Assembly: GCA_049322655.1 (NCBI GenBank)
Contig: JBMORP010000006.1
Span: 448,410 to 512,409 of the forward strand
DNA from: Patescibacteria group bacterium
Lineage (GTDB): Bacteria; Patescibacteriota; Microgenomatia; UBA1400; PJMF01
Reading direction: 5' to 3'
DNA: 64,000 nucleotides
Below are positions 20,022 to 29,361 of the stretch, piece after piece. The notes beneath the pieces were generated by a model. The model saw nothing but the letters and a program-made list of their open reading frames with translations. It searched no databases and was not told the origin of the DNA. The first letter of the stretch is position 1; each line of letters opens with the position of its first letter. The translations under genes and the position numbers were made by a program.

Positions 20022-20471
20022 TTAGATCCTCCATCTTTGCGGAGTTGGTGGAGTTTTATCTTTATTTTTAATCAAAAAATCAAGCTTATGTTTAACAGCA
20101 AGCAATTCATCTTCTGTTCTATCTAGTTTTTCGTGAACTCGACGCCACTCATAATCTTCTTGAACTTGGTTTAAATAAACAGTAATCGTACCAACTAAAG
20201 TACCAAACATTACTGCCCCAGAAAGTTGTAAAACAGCCCCAATAATTCTTCCACCAATTGTGATCGGAACCACATCACCGTAACCAACCGTCGTCACTGT
20301 AGTGATCGCCCACCATAACCCATCAACAGCCGTCTTGATTTGTGAGTTTTCGGCATTTATTTCAAAGGGAATAACTGTCATTCCCGCAAAAATAGTTAAA
20401 CTGAAAATAACTATCAAGATTCGACATAACCGACGAGCCAAAGGAAAACGACGCACAATTGGAGCAGACAT
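20022..20471 (-). CDS. KcsA-like 2-TM potassium channel
   Basis: LWWAITTVTTVGYGD selectivity filter. Confidence 0.92.
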   Translation of the reverse strand: MSAPIVRRFPLARRLCRILIVIFSLTIFAGMTVIPFEINAENSQIKTAVDGLWWAITTVTTVGYGDVVPITIGGRIIGAVLQLSGAVMFGTLVGTITVYLNQVQEDYEWRRVHEKLDRTEDELLAVKHKLDFLIKNKDKTPPTPQRWRI

Positions 20472-20514
20472 ACCTTAAATATACTGAAAAACTCAAACGA
20501 GAACAATCTCTGGT

Positions 20515-22437
20515 TTAAGATCTTGTTAGCTCTTTTCTGGCTTTTTTCATTGCCATGACTTTTTCAAACTCATCGCTATCCAAGGTCTCAACTTCCAAAA
20601 GTCTCTTTGTGACAGCATCTAGTTGCTTACGATGTTTTTTCAACAAAGTACTAGCTTTTTGTTGAGCTTGATCAATATATTTTTGAATTTCGGTATCAAC
20701 CTTTTCTTGAAGTTTGGTAGAAATCTTGTGAGGTTCACCCCAAATTCTAGAATAGCTTTTGTCATACTGAGGAGCAAAATTCATTGGACCTAAGTCGCTC
20801 ATACCATACTCCACTACCATGGCTCTAGCCACTCTAGTAGCTCGTTCAATGTCATTGCTCGCTCCAGCTGTCTGCTCGTTATAAACCAACATTTCAGCGG
20901 CTCGACCACCCATCATTACCACCAAGTCATCTAGCATTTCTGATTTGAGTAGCTGAACTTTATCTTTTTCTGGTGGAGTGAAGGTATAACCAAGGGCATG
21001 ACCTCTAGACACAATCGAAATTCGATGTACCGGATCGGCATATGGCAAAACGTGAGCCAACACCGCATGCCCCGCTTCGTGATAAGCAGTCATTTCCCGT
21101 TCATATTCATCATGAAGTCGTTTTTTACTTGGTCCATACTTGACCTTCATCGAGGCTTCTTCGATATCTTCCATATTGATCTCAGCTCTATTTTCTCGAG
21201 CAATGGCAATCGCTGCCTCATTCATCATGTTTTCCAAATCAGCACCAGAAAAACCGACTGTTCGTTTGGCAATTTTTTCCCAAGTTAAATCTTTTGACAA
21301 AGGTTTGCCTTTGGCATGAATCTTTAAGATAAATTTACGTTCTTCCAAGTCTGGTAGAGATACAGTGACCCGACGATCGAATCTACCTGGTCTAACTAAA
21401 GCAGGATCAAGCATATCGCCTCGGTTAGTGGCCGCCATCACAATCACATTTTCATTCCTGGCGAAACCATCCATCTCAACCAAGATTTGGTTAAGAGTTT
21501 GTTCTCGTTCATCATGTCCTCCCATGCTACCTTGACCTCTAACTCGGCCAATTGCGTCAATCTCATCAATAAAAATAATTGCTGGAGCAAGCTTTTTAGC
21601 TGTCTCAAATAAATCACGAACCCGAGAAGCTCCTACGCCAACCAACATTTCCATAAACTCAGAACCGGCAATTGATAAAAACTGCACATTAGCCTCGCCA
21701 GCCACTGCTCTAGCTAATAAAGTTTTACCTGTTCCAGAAGGACCAACCAATAACACTCCTTTAGGAGTTCTCGCCCCAACCTTAATGTATTTTTTGGGAT
21801 GTTTCAAGAAATCAACGATTTCCTGTAACTCTTTCTTGGCTTCATCCATCCCCCCAACATCAGCAAAAGTAACGTTTTGTTTACCTTTAATAAAGACTTT
21901 AGCTTTACTACGACCAATCCCCATAATTCCATCTTGAGTTCCTCTCGCCTGACGAAACATAAACAAGAAAAAGAAAATCATTAACCCAATTGGTAAAAAG
22001 TTAATCACTAACTCCCAAAAAAGCTGTCTGAAAGAAACATTTTCAACTGTGACATCAACAGTAGCAATATCAATGTCAGCTCGATCTAAAACCGACAAAG
22101 CTTCTTGACCTTCTTCTTTGATAGCATATTTTCTGGAATCATCCTTATAAATTCCCCTTAATTCTGTGCTAGAAACTTGAATTTTCTCGACTTTGTCATC
22201 CCTGATATCACGCACTAACTGACTAATCGAGATGTATTCTGCAGGGCTAAAACCAAACAAACTCTTGAGTGATGGCCAGAAGATTAAAAATAAAATCAAG
22301 AAAATGAAACCTTTATTCAAAAGGTTATTTAAATTCATATTAAATTGAAAAACTTTAATATCTTTTGGTAATTTTTGCTTGTTTTGATCTGGTGTAGGTT
22401 TTTTATTAACCTGTTTATTGCCTGGCTTTTCAGTCAT
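20515..22437 (-). CDS. ftsH: ATP-dependent zinc metalloprotease FtsH
   Basis: Two TM helices, Walker [26 protein letters not shown]. Start reassigned to ATG 22437. Confidence 0.98.
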   Translation of the reverse strand: MTEKPGNKQVNKKPTPDQNKQKLPKDIKVFQFNMNLNNLLNKGFIFLILFLIFWPSLKSLFGFSPAEYISISQLVRDIRDDKVEKIQVSSTELRGIYKDDSRKYAIKEEGQEALSVLDRADIDIATVDVTVENVSFRQLFWELVINFLPIGLMIFFFLFMFRQARGTQDGIMGIGRSKAKVFIKGKQNVTFADVGGMDEAKKELQEIVDFLKHPKKYIKVGARTPKGVLLVGPSGTGKTLLARAVAGEANVQFLSIAGSEFMEMLVGVGASRVRDLFETAKKLAPAIIFIDEIDAIGRVRGQGSMGGHDEREQTLNQILVEMDGFARNENVIVMAATNRGDMLDPALVRPGRFDRRVTVSLPDLEERKFILKIHAKGKPLSKDLTWEKIAKRTVGFSGADLENMMNEAAIAIARENRAEINMEDIEEASMKVKYGPSKKRLHDEYEREMTAYHEAGHAVLAHVLPYADPVHRISIVSRGHALGYTFTPPEKDKVQLLKSEMLDDLVVMMGGRAAEMLVYNEQTAGASNDIERATRVARAMVVEYGMSDLGPMNFAPQYDKSYSRIWGEPHKISTKLQEKVDTEIQKYIDQAQQKASTLLKKHRKQLDAVTKRLLEVETLDSDEFEKVMAMKKARKELTRS

Positions 22438-22500
22438 AGTGACAGGTATTGTAGCATGCAAAACAGCTCAAAAAAGTACGACAAACAAAAATAAACAAAA

Positions 22501-22995
22501 TTAACGACTGGGTAATTCTTTACCTAACTTTGAAAAAAGAGCTTCGATTTTTACTTGATGTTTTTCATAAAGTAGCCAAAACTTTGGTGCTGAAAAATAA
22601 TATAAACTCATCAAGTTTCCAATCGAAGATGAATAATTATCTTTTTCTGATAAACCGATATCTCTGGCTCTCCCAATATGTTGAAGATGCCACTCAGCTT
22701 CACAAGAGTAACAATGGAAACGCAAATTATTTAAAGTGTTATAGCGATTAGAACGATGCCCATTTTTTGCCAAAATCTTTGTATGATCCAAATGCCCAAC
22801 CACTCCAGCTGACCCAACCTGCTCGCCACAATTTTCGCACCGACCCCCAGCTCGTTCTCTCACTCCTCTTTTAGCACTATCTGAGGCAGCAGCCAAAGAT
22901 AAACCAACGATAGCACTAACTCCAACCAACCACCACCAGAGTTGATTGGGCGTTTTTTCTTGATTGTTAATAACTGGTAAAAGCTCTTTTCTCAA
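22501..22995 (-). CDS. HNH-like endonuclease with N-terminal hydrophobic segment
   Basis: RCENCG...GHLDH...NNL...CYSC...H. Confidence 0.6.
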   Translation of the reverse strand: MRKELLPVINNQEKTPNQLWWWLVGVSAIVGLSLAAASDSAKRGVRERAGGRCENCGEQVGSAGVVGHLDHTKILAKNGHRSNRYNTLNNLRFHCYSCEAEWHLQHIGRARDIGLSEKDNYSSSIGNLMSLYYFSAPKFWLLYEKHQVKIEALFSKLGKELPSR

Positions 22996-23024
22996 ACTAG
23001 CTTAACTAGGGCAGTTAGGCATTT

Positions 23025-23360
23025 TTAACGAACAACCGTTCCTGGTTCTACTGTTGGAGTAAGAGCAAAGGGCACTGGTTGGCCCTCTCCATCAGCCATA
23101 ATCATCATCCCTTGACTAACACCCTCGCCCATTTTTCTTTCAGCCAGATTAACAATAAACATATAACTGTTATTGACAAAATCAGCTGGAGAGTACCATT
23201 CTTTGATTCCAGACAAAATCGTTTTAGTCCCGATTTCCGCCCCAAAATCGACCGTAAATTGTAATAACTTTTTACTCCATTCTGGAGCTGTAGCTTCAAC
23301 AACTTTGCCGACTCTAATATCTAATTTTTCAAAATCACTATATTCAATGATTGGTTTCAT
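23025..23360 (-). CDS. tRNA-binding OB-fold protein (Trbp111/CsaA/MetRS C-terminal domain)
   Basis: DFEKLDIRVGKV, KLL...VDFG, NL..RKM....SQGM. Confidence 0.88.
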   Translation of the reverse strand: MKPIIEYSDFEKLDIRVGKVVEATAPEWSKKLLQFTVDFGAEIGTKTILSGIKEWYSPADFVNNSYMFIVNLAERKMGEGVSQGMMIMADGEGQPVPFALTPTVEPGTVVR

Positions 23361-23369
23361 GCTTACTTT

Positions 23370-24392
23370 CTAATTTAATTTATTTTTAATACCAATTACT
23401 TGATAAACTTCTTGCAAAGTTGCTGCCGCTAATTGATTAGCTCTTTGAGCTCCACCAAGCAAAATAGTTTTGACTTGCTCTAGGTTATTAACTAGTTCAA
23501 TTCTTTTTTCACGAGCCTGAGCAAAGGTTCTTTGATGAGCCAAAAACAATTTTTCTTTGACTTCCACATCACCCACCGTCCCAGCCCTATATCTGGCTTT
23601 AAGCTCTTCAACTTCGGCCGCGTTGTCATTTAGCAAATCATGGTAGATAAAGATCGGATTCCCCTCAACCCTACCAGGATCGGTGGCTTTTTTACGATTT
23701 GGATCAGTAAAACAACTCATAATTTGTTGACGAATGATTGCTTCATCCTCAAAAATACCAATTGTGTTTCCAAGAGACTTGCTCATTTTTCTCTGACCAT
23801 CGGTACCAATAATCTTGCCTGATTCTTTACCAATGATCGGTTCTGGTAAAGGAAAAACTTCCTGGTTGTAAGTACGGTTGAAGTTTTCTGCAATATCTCT
23901 GGTCAACTCAATATGTTGTCGTTGATCTTCACCAACTGGGATACCAGTCGGTTTATACAACAAAATATCAGCCGCCATTAAGATTGGATAGTTAAATAAG
24001 CCCATGTTAATCGAACCAACCTTAGTATCCTTTTGCAACTTGTCTTTGAAAGCATGCATCCGTTGCATTTGACCATAAGAAATATAGTTGGCCAAAACTA
24101 CGGCTAACTCACTATGAGCCGAAACCTGAGACTGACGAAAAAAAGCTGATTTTTCTGGATCTAAACCAAGCGCTAAATAATCCAACACTACTCCAGTAAT
24201 ATTGGCTTCTAAAGTTTTCTGGTTGTGAACCGTAGTTAAAGCATGCAAATCTGCCAAAAAATAATAAGTCTCTAACTCTTGGTTATTTTGTAGCTCAATG
24301 TGAGGTTTAACTGCACCAAAATAGTTACCAATATGGAGTGAATTGCCACTAGGCGTGATTCCGGCCAAAATTCTTTGTTTAGTTGTTTTCAT
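23370..24392 (-). CDS. trpS: Tryptophanyl-tRNA synthetase
   Basis: HIGN, YPILMAADIL, PVGEDQRQH, KMSKS. Confidence 0.97.
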   Translation of the reverse strand: MKTTKQRILAGITPSGNSLHIGNYFGAVKPHIELQNNQELETYYFLADLHALTTVHNQKTLEANITGVVLDYLALGLDPEKSAFFRQSQVSAHSELAVVLANYISYGQMQRMHAFKDKLQKDTKVGSINMGLFNYPILMAADILLYKPTGIPVGEDQRQHIELTRDIAENFNRTYNQEVFPLPEPIIGKESGKIIGTDGQRKMSKSLGNTIGIFEDEAIIRQQIMSCFTDPNRKKATDPGRVEGNPIFIYHDLLNDNAAEVEELKARYRAGTVGDVEVKEKLFLAHQRTFAQAREKRIELVNNLEQVKTILLGGAQRANQLAAATLQEVYQVIGIKNKLN

Positions 24393-24439
24393 AAATATTT
24401 TTATCCTAAAAGTTACTAGTCACTAGGCAGCATTATAAA

Positions 24440-25666
24440 TCAAGAATGAAGTAAATTCTCATAAACATTTTCCACATCTTTATCACCTCTGCCTGAGAGA
24501 TTAATTACTACCATTTGGTTTTTACTCAGTTTACTGGCTAGCTTCAAACCATAAGCTATAGCATGAGCTGACTCTAAAGCGGGAATAATACCTTCTTCTC
24601 TAGCCAAAGTTCTGAAAGCCTTGACCGCTTGTTTGTCAGTAATCCCCACTACCTTTAATCTGCCTGCAGATGACAAATGACTTAGCTCTGGGCCAACACC
24701 GGGGTAGTCTAAGCCAGAGGCAGCACTATATGACTCAGCAATCTCACCAGCTTGGTTTTGCAATACATTACAAATAAAACCATGCACAGTCCCTTTCTTA
24801 CCTTTTAATAAAGATAGACCGTGTTTGCCAGATTTAACTCCTTTACCAGCTGGTTCTACTGCCACCAAAGAAACTTTTTCCTCTCGGATAAAATCATAAA
24901 AAGCACCTATTGCATTGGAACCTCCGCCAACACAAGCTACTACATAGTCAGGCAATCTCTTTTCACTAGCCAAAAGTTGAGCTCTAATCTCTTCACCGAC
25001 GATTTTTTGAAAATCTCGTACCATTACTGGGTAGGGATGTGGCCCAACCGCAGAACCCAACATATAGTAAGCAGCTGCCTCTTGTGCATAAGCTTGTAAG
25101 GCCACATCAACTGCATCCTTCAAAGTGCCTTGACCGGAATTAACTGGCACTACTCGGGCACCAAGTAACTTCATTCTAAAAACATTGACTTTTTGATTAT
25201 CAATATCTCTAGCACCCATGTAAACATCACACTTCATACCAAATAAAGCGGCAACCGTAGCTACCGCTACCCCGTGCTGACCAGCTCCAGTCTCAGCAAT
25301 AAGTTTAGTTTTACCCAAACGCTGGGCTAATAATGCTTGGCCAACCGTATTGTTAATTTTGTGAGCACCAGTGTGATTTAAATCTTCACGTTTTAAATAG
25401 ATCTTAGCCCCACCCCTTTTTTGAGTTAGTTTGTGAGCAAAATATAATTTGCTAGGTCGACCCACAAACTCACGATATAGTTTTTTTAACTCTGCTAAAA
25501 AACTTGGATCTTTACTGGCTTGTAGATAAGCCTGTTCCAACTCTTTCAAAACTTGCTCCAAAACCGGTGGTACAAACCGACCACCATAGGCACCAAAAAA
25601 GCCATCACTAGTGGGTTGTTGATAGTGTTTAAAATTAAATTTTGGTTGTTGATTATTTTTTTTCAT
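24440..25666 (-). CDS. trpB: Tryptophan synthase beta subunit (TrpB1 type), with no adjacent trpA
   Basis: KREDLNHTGAHKINN (PLP Lys), AETGAGQHG, VGGGSNA, GLDYPGVGP, LSGRGDKD. Confidence 0.97.
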   Translation of the reverse strand: MKKNNQQPKFNFKHYQQPTSDGFFGAYGGRFVPPVLEQVLKELEQAYLQASKDPSFLAELKKLYREFVGRPSKLYFAHKLTQKRGGAKIYLKREDLNHTGAHKINNTVGQALLAQRLGKTKLIAETGAGQHGVAVATVAALFGMKCDVYMGARDIDNQKVNVFRMKLLGARVVPVNSGQGTLKDAVDVALQAYAQEAAAYYMLGSAVGPHPYPVMVRDFQKIVGEEIRAQLLASEKRLPDYVVACVGGGSNAIGAFYDFIREEKVSLVAVEPAGKGVKSGKHGLSLLKGKKGTVHGFICNVLQNQAGEIAESYSAASGLDYPGVGPELSHLSSAGRLKVVGITDKQAVKAFRTLAREEGIIPALESAHAIAYGLKLASKLSKNQMVVINLSGRGDKDVENVYENLLHS

Positions 25667-25710
25667 AGTTTCTTTCTTATTCTTATTTTTTATTAATAGT
25701 TTTTTAAAAC

Positions 25711-25737
25711 AAAAAATCCCGGTGAAAACCGGGATTT
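25711..25737 (-). terminator. Attenuator terminator (proximal) in the trpB leader
   Basis: Minus strand AATCCCGGT-TTTC-ACCGGGATT-TTTT. Confidence 0.85.
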
Positions 25738-25760
25738 AAACCTGACAAATCCTCCCTGTT

Positions 25761-25811
25761 TCACCACAAGTATTTACTGCTCCACCAATTTAAATAATTA
25801 TTTACTTTCAT
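25761..25811 (-). CDS. trpL: trp leader peptide MKVNNYLNWWSSKYLW
   Basis: 16-codon ORF with tandem TGG TGG and a third TGG, preceded by AAGGA and followed by alternative antiterminator/terminator stems. Confidence 0.8.
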   Translation of the reverse strand: MKVNNYLNWWSSKYLW

Positions 25812-25843
25812 TTTTTATTTTTTCCTTCTTAAAACACAAATAC

Positions 25844-25867
25844 AAAAAAACCCCTTTATATGGGGGT
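25844..25867 (-). terminator. Distal terminator/attenuator upstream of trpL
   Basis: Minus strand ACCCC-CATATAAA-GGGGT-TTTTTT. Confidence 0.7.
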
Positions 25868-25913
25868 CTTCATGTAGTAATAACTTTAATAAACAAAAAA
25901 TCCTACCCCCAAT

Positions 25914-25961
25914 TTATTTGGAGTTTAGCCAACAAGCTAAAGTAAGATTTTGATTAAACAT
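25914..25961 (-). CDS. Putative second leader peptide MFNQNLTLACWLNSK
   Basis: 15-codon ORF with one Trp. The TGGGGGT just after its stop is complementary to the 5' arm (ACCCCCA) of the distal terminator. Confidence 0.45.
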   Translation of the reverse strand: MFNQNLTLACWLNSK

Positions 25962-25992
25962 TATTTTTTAATTCTAACTAAAGATTTAGCTT

Positions 25993-26862
25993 TTACAACT
26001 CCTCAATTTGAACATTAGGGTTCAAATCTGGAGATTCAATTAATTCTAAGTATTTTTCAGTAGTGGTGATTCTTTTGTGACCAACTAATTGAGAAACATA
26101 AACCAAAGGAGTGCTAGCTTTTAATTGCTCGACAATAAAAGTATGGCGTAAATCATTCACCTTGGCATCTTTAATCCCAGCTAATCTAAAGTAACGATCA
26201 ATAGCGGTACGAATGTTTCTCACCAAAAATGGTCTGCAGGTTTTAGTCAAGAATACAGTTTTTTCTTTAGCTCTTGGACGAACTTTTAGATAATCTATCA
26301 AGGCTTTTTTGGCAGCCTTGTTCAAAGGTACTTTTCTCTCTTCTCTGGAGTTTTGAGCTCTAATCAATAAAATACCTCTTTCAAGATCTACATCTTCTTG
26401 GGATAAAGCAGCTAACTCACTAATTCTCATGCCAGTTTGAAGTAATAGTTCAACAATCGCAAAAATACGCATATCACCTCGACAAGCATCACGAAGAGCT
26501 CGGTATTCCAATTTAGTTAAAACTCGAGGAGGAGCTTGATCTATCTTAGGATGGGAAACTGACCCTGCTGGATTAACCTCAACGATTCCTTCGCCAATCA
26601 AATAACGAAAAAATGATTTGATAGAGTTAATTTTTCTAGAGACAGATTTACTGGTATATCTTTTTTGTTTCAAGTCGCTTTTAAAAGCATCAATATCATC
26701 AGTCGTAACTTCAGCTACCAAAGTTTTACCTTTATCACCTACAAATTGAACTAATTGCTCGATGTCTTTGCTATAAGCAATCACAGTAGCATTAGCCTTA
26801 CCTTTTTCTCGAAGGCTTTTTTCAAATTTGGCATGGGCATCAACTAACACTGTTTGTTGCAT
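25993..26862 (-). CDS. XerC/XerD-family tyrosine recombinase
   Basis: SAM-like N-domain, TGMRISEL, NDLRHTF, LVGH...TTEKY. Start probably ATG 26862. Confidence 0.9.
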   Translation of the reverse strand: MQQTVLVDAHAKFEKSLREKGKANATVIAYSKDIEQLVQFVGDKGKTLVAEVTTDDIDAFKSDLKQKRYTSKSVSRKINSIKSFFRYLIGEGIVEVNPAGSVSHPKIDQAPPRVLTKLEYRALRDACRGDMRIFAIVELLLQTGMRISELAALSQEDVDLERGILLIRAQNSREERKVPLNKAAKKALIDYLKVRPRAKEKTVFLTKTCRPFLVRNIRTAIDRYFRLAGIKDAKVNDLRHTFIVEQLKASTPLVYVSQLVGHKRITTTEKYLELIESPDLNPNVQIEEL

Positions 26863-26992
26863 ATTTTTTTCTTTCCTCACATCTAGTGGAAAACTTAATT
26901 CTCACCAGTGTATGATGTGGGGCAGCTATTTATTTAATTTTCGAATAACTAGCGTCTTATAATATCATATTTAAGGATTTTTAGCAACCATC

Positions 26993-27352
26993 ATGAGAGA
27001 GATATTACAAAAACCGCTAATAATCATTATTGTGACGATTATAGCATTATTTTTCTTGATCTCTCTAAGAAAAACAGCATCAAAGAGTATCGTTTCACAA
27101 AAAAATATAGAGTTGCTGGAACAAAAGCTCCAGGATATAAATAACCAAGTTATAAATGAAGAAAAAGCTCTGAATATTGCGTCCTCAGAGTTTGAAAAAG
27201 AAAAAATTATTAGAGATGAATTATTACTGCAAAAACCTGGGGAATACATTCTTCAAATTCCTCTGGAAACAAATACTTACTCAAGTAATAATAACCCCAA
27301 TCAAGAGACACCTTTAGAAGCCTGGAAAGAACTATTTACCAATGAAAAATAA
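26993..27352 (+). CDS. Septum formation initiator (FtsB/DivIC-like)
   Basis: N-terminal TM helix, coiled coil, EKIIRDELLLQKPGE motif. Confidence 0.75.
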   Translation: MREILQKPLIIIIVTIIALFFLISLRKTASKSIVSQKNIELLEQKLQDINNQVINEEKALNIASSEFEKEKIIRDELLLQKPGEYILQIPLETNTYSSNNNPNQETPLEAWKELFTNEK

Positions 27353-28277
27353 ACCTCCCAAATTAACCGGTAAAACTGCATTTTTAACTTATTATCAGCA
27401 ATTTTTTAATGATGAAAAAGAATTCTCTGATTGGCAAAAAGCCTTAGAAACACCAACCTTACCTATCTTAAGATTTAACCCAAATGATGAACAACTACTA
27501 AAAGAATTGTGGCAGCAAGCTGGCTTAACTTGGAAAACTCTATCTTGGTATAACTATGCTCTAATCTGGCCTAAAGAAGCTCCAGTCAAAACGATTTTAC
27601 CAGGTTTTAAAGGAAAACTTTTTTATCCGATGAATGCAGCTTCTTTGCTACCTGTTTTGGCTTTGGGAGCTGGACCAGGAGATCTCGTCTTGGACGCCTG
27701 TGCTGCCCCAGGTGGCAAAGCGATGGTCATTGATGATTTTCTCGACAGAAAAGGACACCTAATAGCTAATGATTTATCGAGTGGTCGCCGAGGTACTATG
27801 AGACAAATTTTTGCTGATTACCATAAAGAACATATTGAGGTATGGGGACAAAAAGCAGAAACTTTATTTTATAAATATCCCAATTACTTTGATAAAGTTT
27901 TAATTGACGCTCCCTGTAGTAGTGAAAAACACATCCTTAACGAGGAAAAAGAACTTAAAAAATGGAGTGAAAACAGAGTTAAAACTCTGGCCAAACGTCA
28001 AAAAAATCTACTCAAAGCTGTTTGGCAAACACTTAAGCCTGAAGGAGTAATGGTTTATTCTACTTGTGCCGTTACTCCAGAGGAAAATGAAGAGGTCGTG
28101 AGCGATTTCTTGCAAAATAACCGTGATGCTCAACTGCAACCAATTACCTTAGATATTGGCCAGGCTGGTTTAAAAAACTATGTCCATGGTTTTGATGAAA
28201 AACTAGTGAAAAGAATTCAACCTCAGTTGGATAATTTAGATCCAATGTTTGTAGCTAAATTTAAAAAAATTAAGTAA
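27342..28277 (+). CDS. RsmB/RsmF/NOP2-family RNA m5C methyltransferase
   Basis: VLDACAAPGGK, DAPCS, VYSTC...PEENE. Confidence 0.92.
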   Translation: MKNKPPKLTGKTAFLTYYQQFFNDEKEFSDWQKALETPTLPILRFNPNDEQLLKELWQQAGLTWKTLSWYNYALIWPKEAPVKTILPGFKGKLFYPMNAASLLPVLALGAGPGDLVLDACAAPGGKAMVIDDFLDRKGHLIANDLSSGRRGTMRQIFADYHKEHIEVWGQKAETLFYKYPNYFDKVLIDAPCSSEKHILNEEKELKKWSENRVKTLAKRQKNLLKAVWQTLKPEGVMVYSTCAVTPEENEEVVSDFLQNNRDAQLQPITLDIGQAGLKNYVHGFDEKLVKRIQPQLDNLDPMFVAKFKKIK

Positions 28278-28290
28278 AATTCAGAGTAAG

Positions 28291-28533
28291 TTATTTATTA
28301 ACATCTGTAGCATCCAAATCAGCAATAAACTTTTCTAGTTTGGGTAAATTTTCCTCATAAAACTGTTCAGCATTCTTCACTTCCAAAGCTAAGAATTGAC
28401 CTAAATTGTTAATGTCTTCCTCTGACATCTGAGGAATTTTATAAACTAATTCTGGTTTTTTGGCCTCATCAAGCAAAATACTTTGACGGATTAAAACCTC
28501 TAAAGCTTGTTTTTTTTCTTCTAAAGTCGGCAT
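28291..28533 (-). CDS. Hypothetical protein
   Basis: ORF with GGAGGAG SD, directly downstream of the preceding gene. Confidence 0.65.
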   Translation of the reverse strand: MPTLEEKKQALEVLIRQSILLDEAKKPELVYKIPQMSEEDINNLGQFLALEVKNAEQFYEENLPKLEKFIADLDATDVNK

Positions 28534-28541
28534 ACTCCTCC

Positions 28542-29069
28542 TTAAGCGGTTGCTGGTAAAAACATTGAAGCCGCTTTTTGTACTTGTTCAGACTTAACTA
28601 CTGCTTGATGAGTTCGCCAAATTTCCTGAGCCCGTTTTAGTCCTTCTTTCATTCTAGGTAAATCTTTAACAAATTGAAAACCAGTTTCAATAATATGAGA
28701 AGGCATGACCCCACCAGTAAATAATTCCAAAATTTCTGATCCCCAAGCGATCCCTTTACTCACGTCAGGGGTCAAATCAAATTTTGTTAATTTAGCCAAA
28801 TCAACCCCCAAAGAAACTACTTCTCCAATTCCAGGAATAGCATCAACTACAGAAACTCCCAAATTTAATAAAGTCCTAGTAAAAGCCAAGAGTGATTCTT
28901 TAACTTTTTCATCTTTGAGCATTTTGCTTAATAAAAAATTGCTCTCTTGTTTAGTTTGAAAAAGTTCACCAAAGTGGTTAGCTAATTCTTTAAGACCAGT
29001 TTTGACAAATTCAGGAATTTTTTTAAAGGTAGCAGATTCCTGACTAATAACTCGTTCTGATTCTTTCAT
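28542..29069 (-). CDS. Hypothetical protein (DAIPGIG motif, possibly membrane-associated)
   Basis: Open ORF; start reassigned to ATG 29069. Confidence 0.6.
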   Translation of the reverse strand: MKESERVISQESATFKKIPEFVKTGLKELANHFGELFQTKQESNFLLSKMLKDEKVKESLLAFTRTLLNLGVSVVDAIPGIGEVVSLGVDLAKLTKFDLTPDVSKGIAWGSEILELFTGGVMPSHIIETGFQFVKDLPRMKEGLKRAQEIWRTHQAVVKSEQVQKAASMFLPATA

Positions 29070-29184
29070 AAAAACATCATTATCATACCTCAAAAAGAGG
29101 TAACCATGCCAACTTAAAGCTTGGTCAGATTCGATTTGATTAAAATCAAACACTATCCTCATCAGTCACAAGCTATTAAAACAG

Positions 29185-29210
29185 AAAAATCTCCAAGTGG
29201 AGATTTTTTT
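29185..29210. terminator. Terminator downstream of initiator tRNA
   Basis: AAAAATCTCCA-AG-TGGAGATTTTT inverted repeat. Confidence 0.7.
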
Positions 29211-29220
29211 GTTTTAAATG

Positions 29221-29289
29221 TTGCGGGACTAGGAGTCGAACCTAGCCTGTAAGATTATGAGCCTCACGTGCACCGTACACTATCCCGCG
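29221..29289 (-). tRNA. tRNA-Met(CAT), initiator type, CCA not encoded
   Basis: CGCGGGA/TCCCGCA acceptor stem with C1xA72 mismatch, CT-CAT-AA loop, GGTTCGACTCC T arm. Confidence 0.9.
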
Positions 29290-29361
29290 ATGATAAGACT
29301 GACATTATAAATCAAGATTGACTTAATTGCAAAATAGATGAAATTGTTATTAGATTAGTAG

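Noticed and set aside
25667-25992. T-box riboswitch upstream of trpB/trpS
   Set aside because: No T-box consensus (AAnnnGGGTGGnACC) or stem I specifier recognised; the leader-peptide model fits better.
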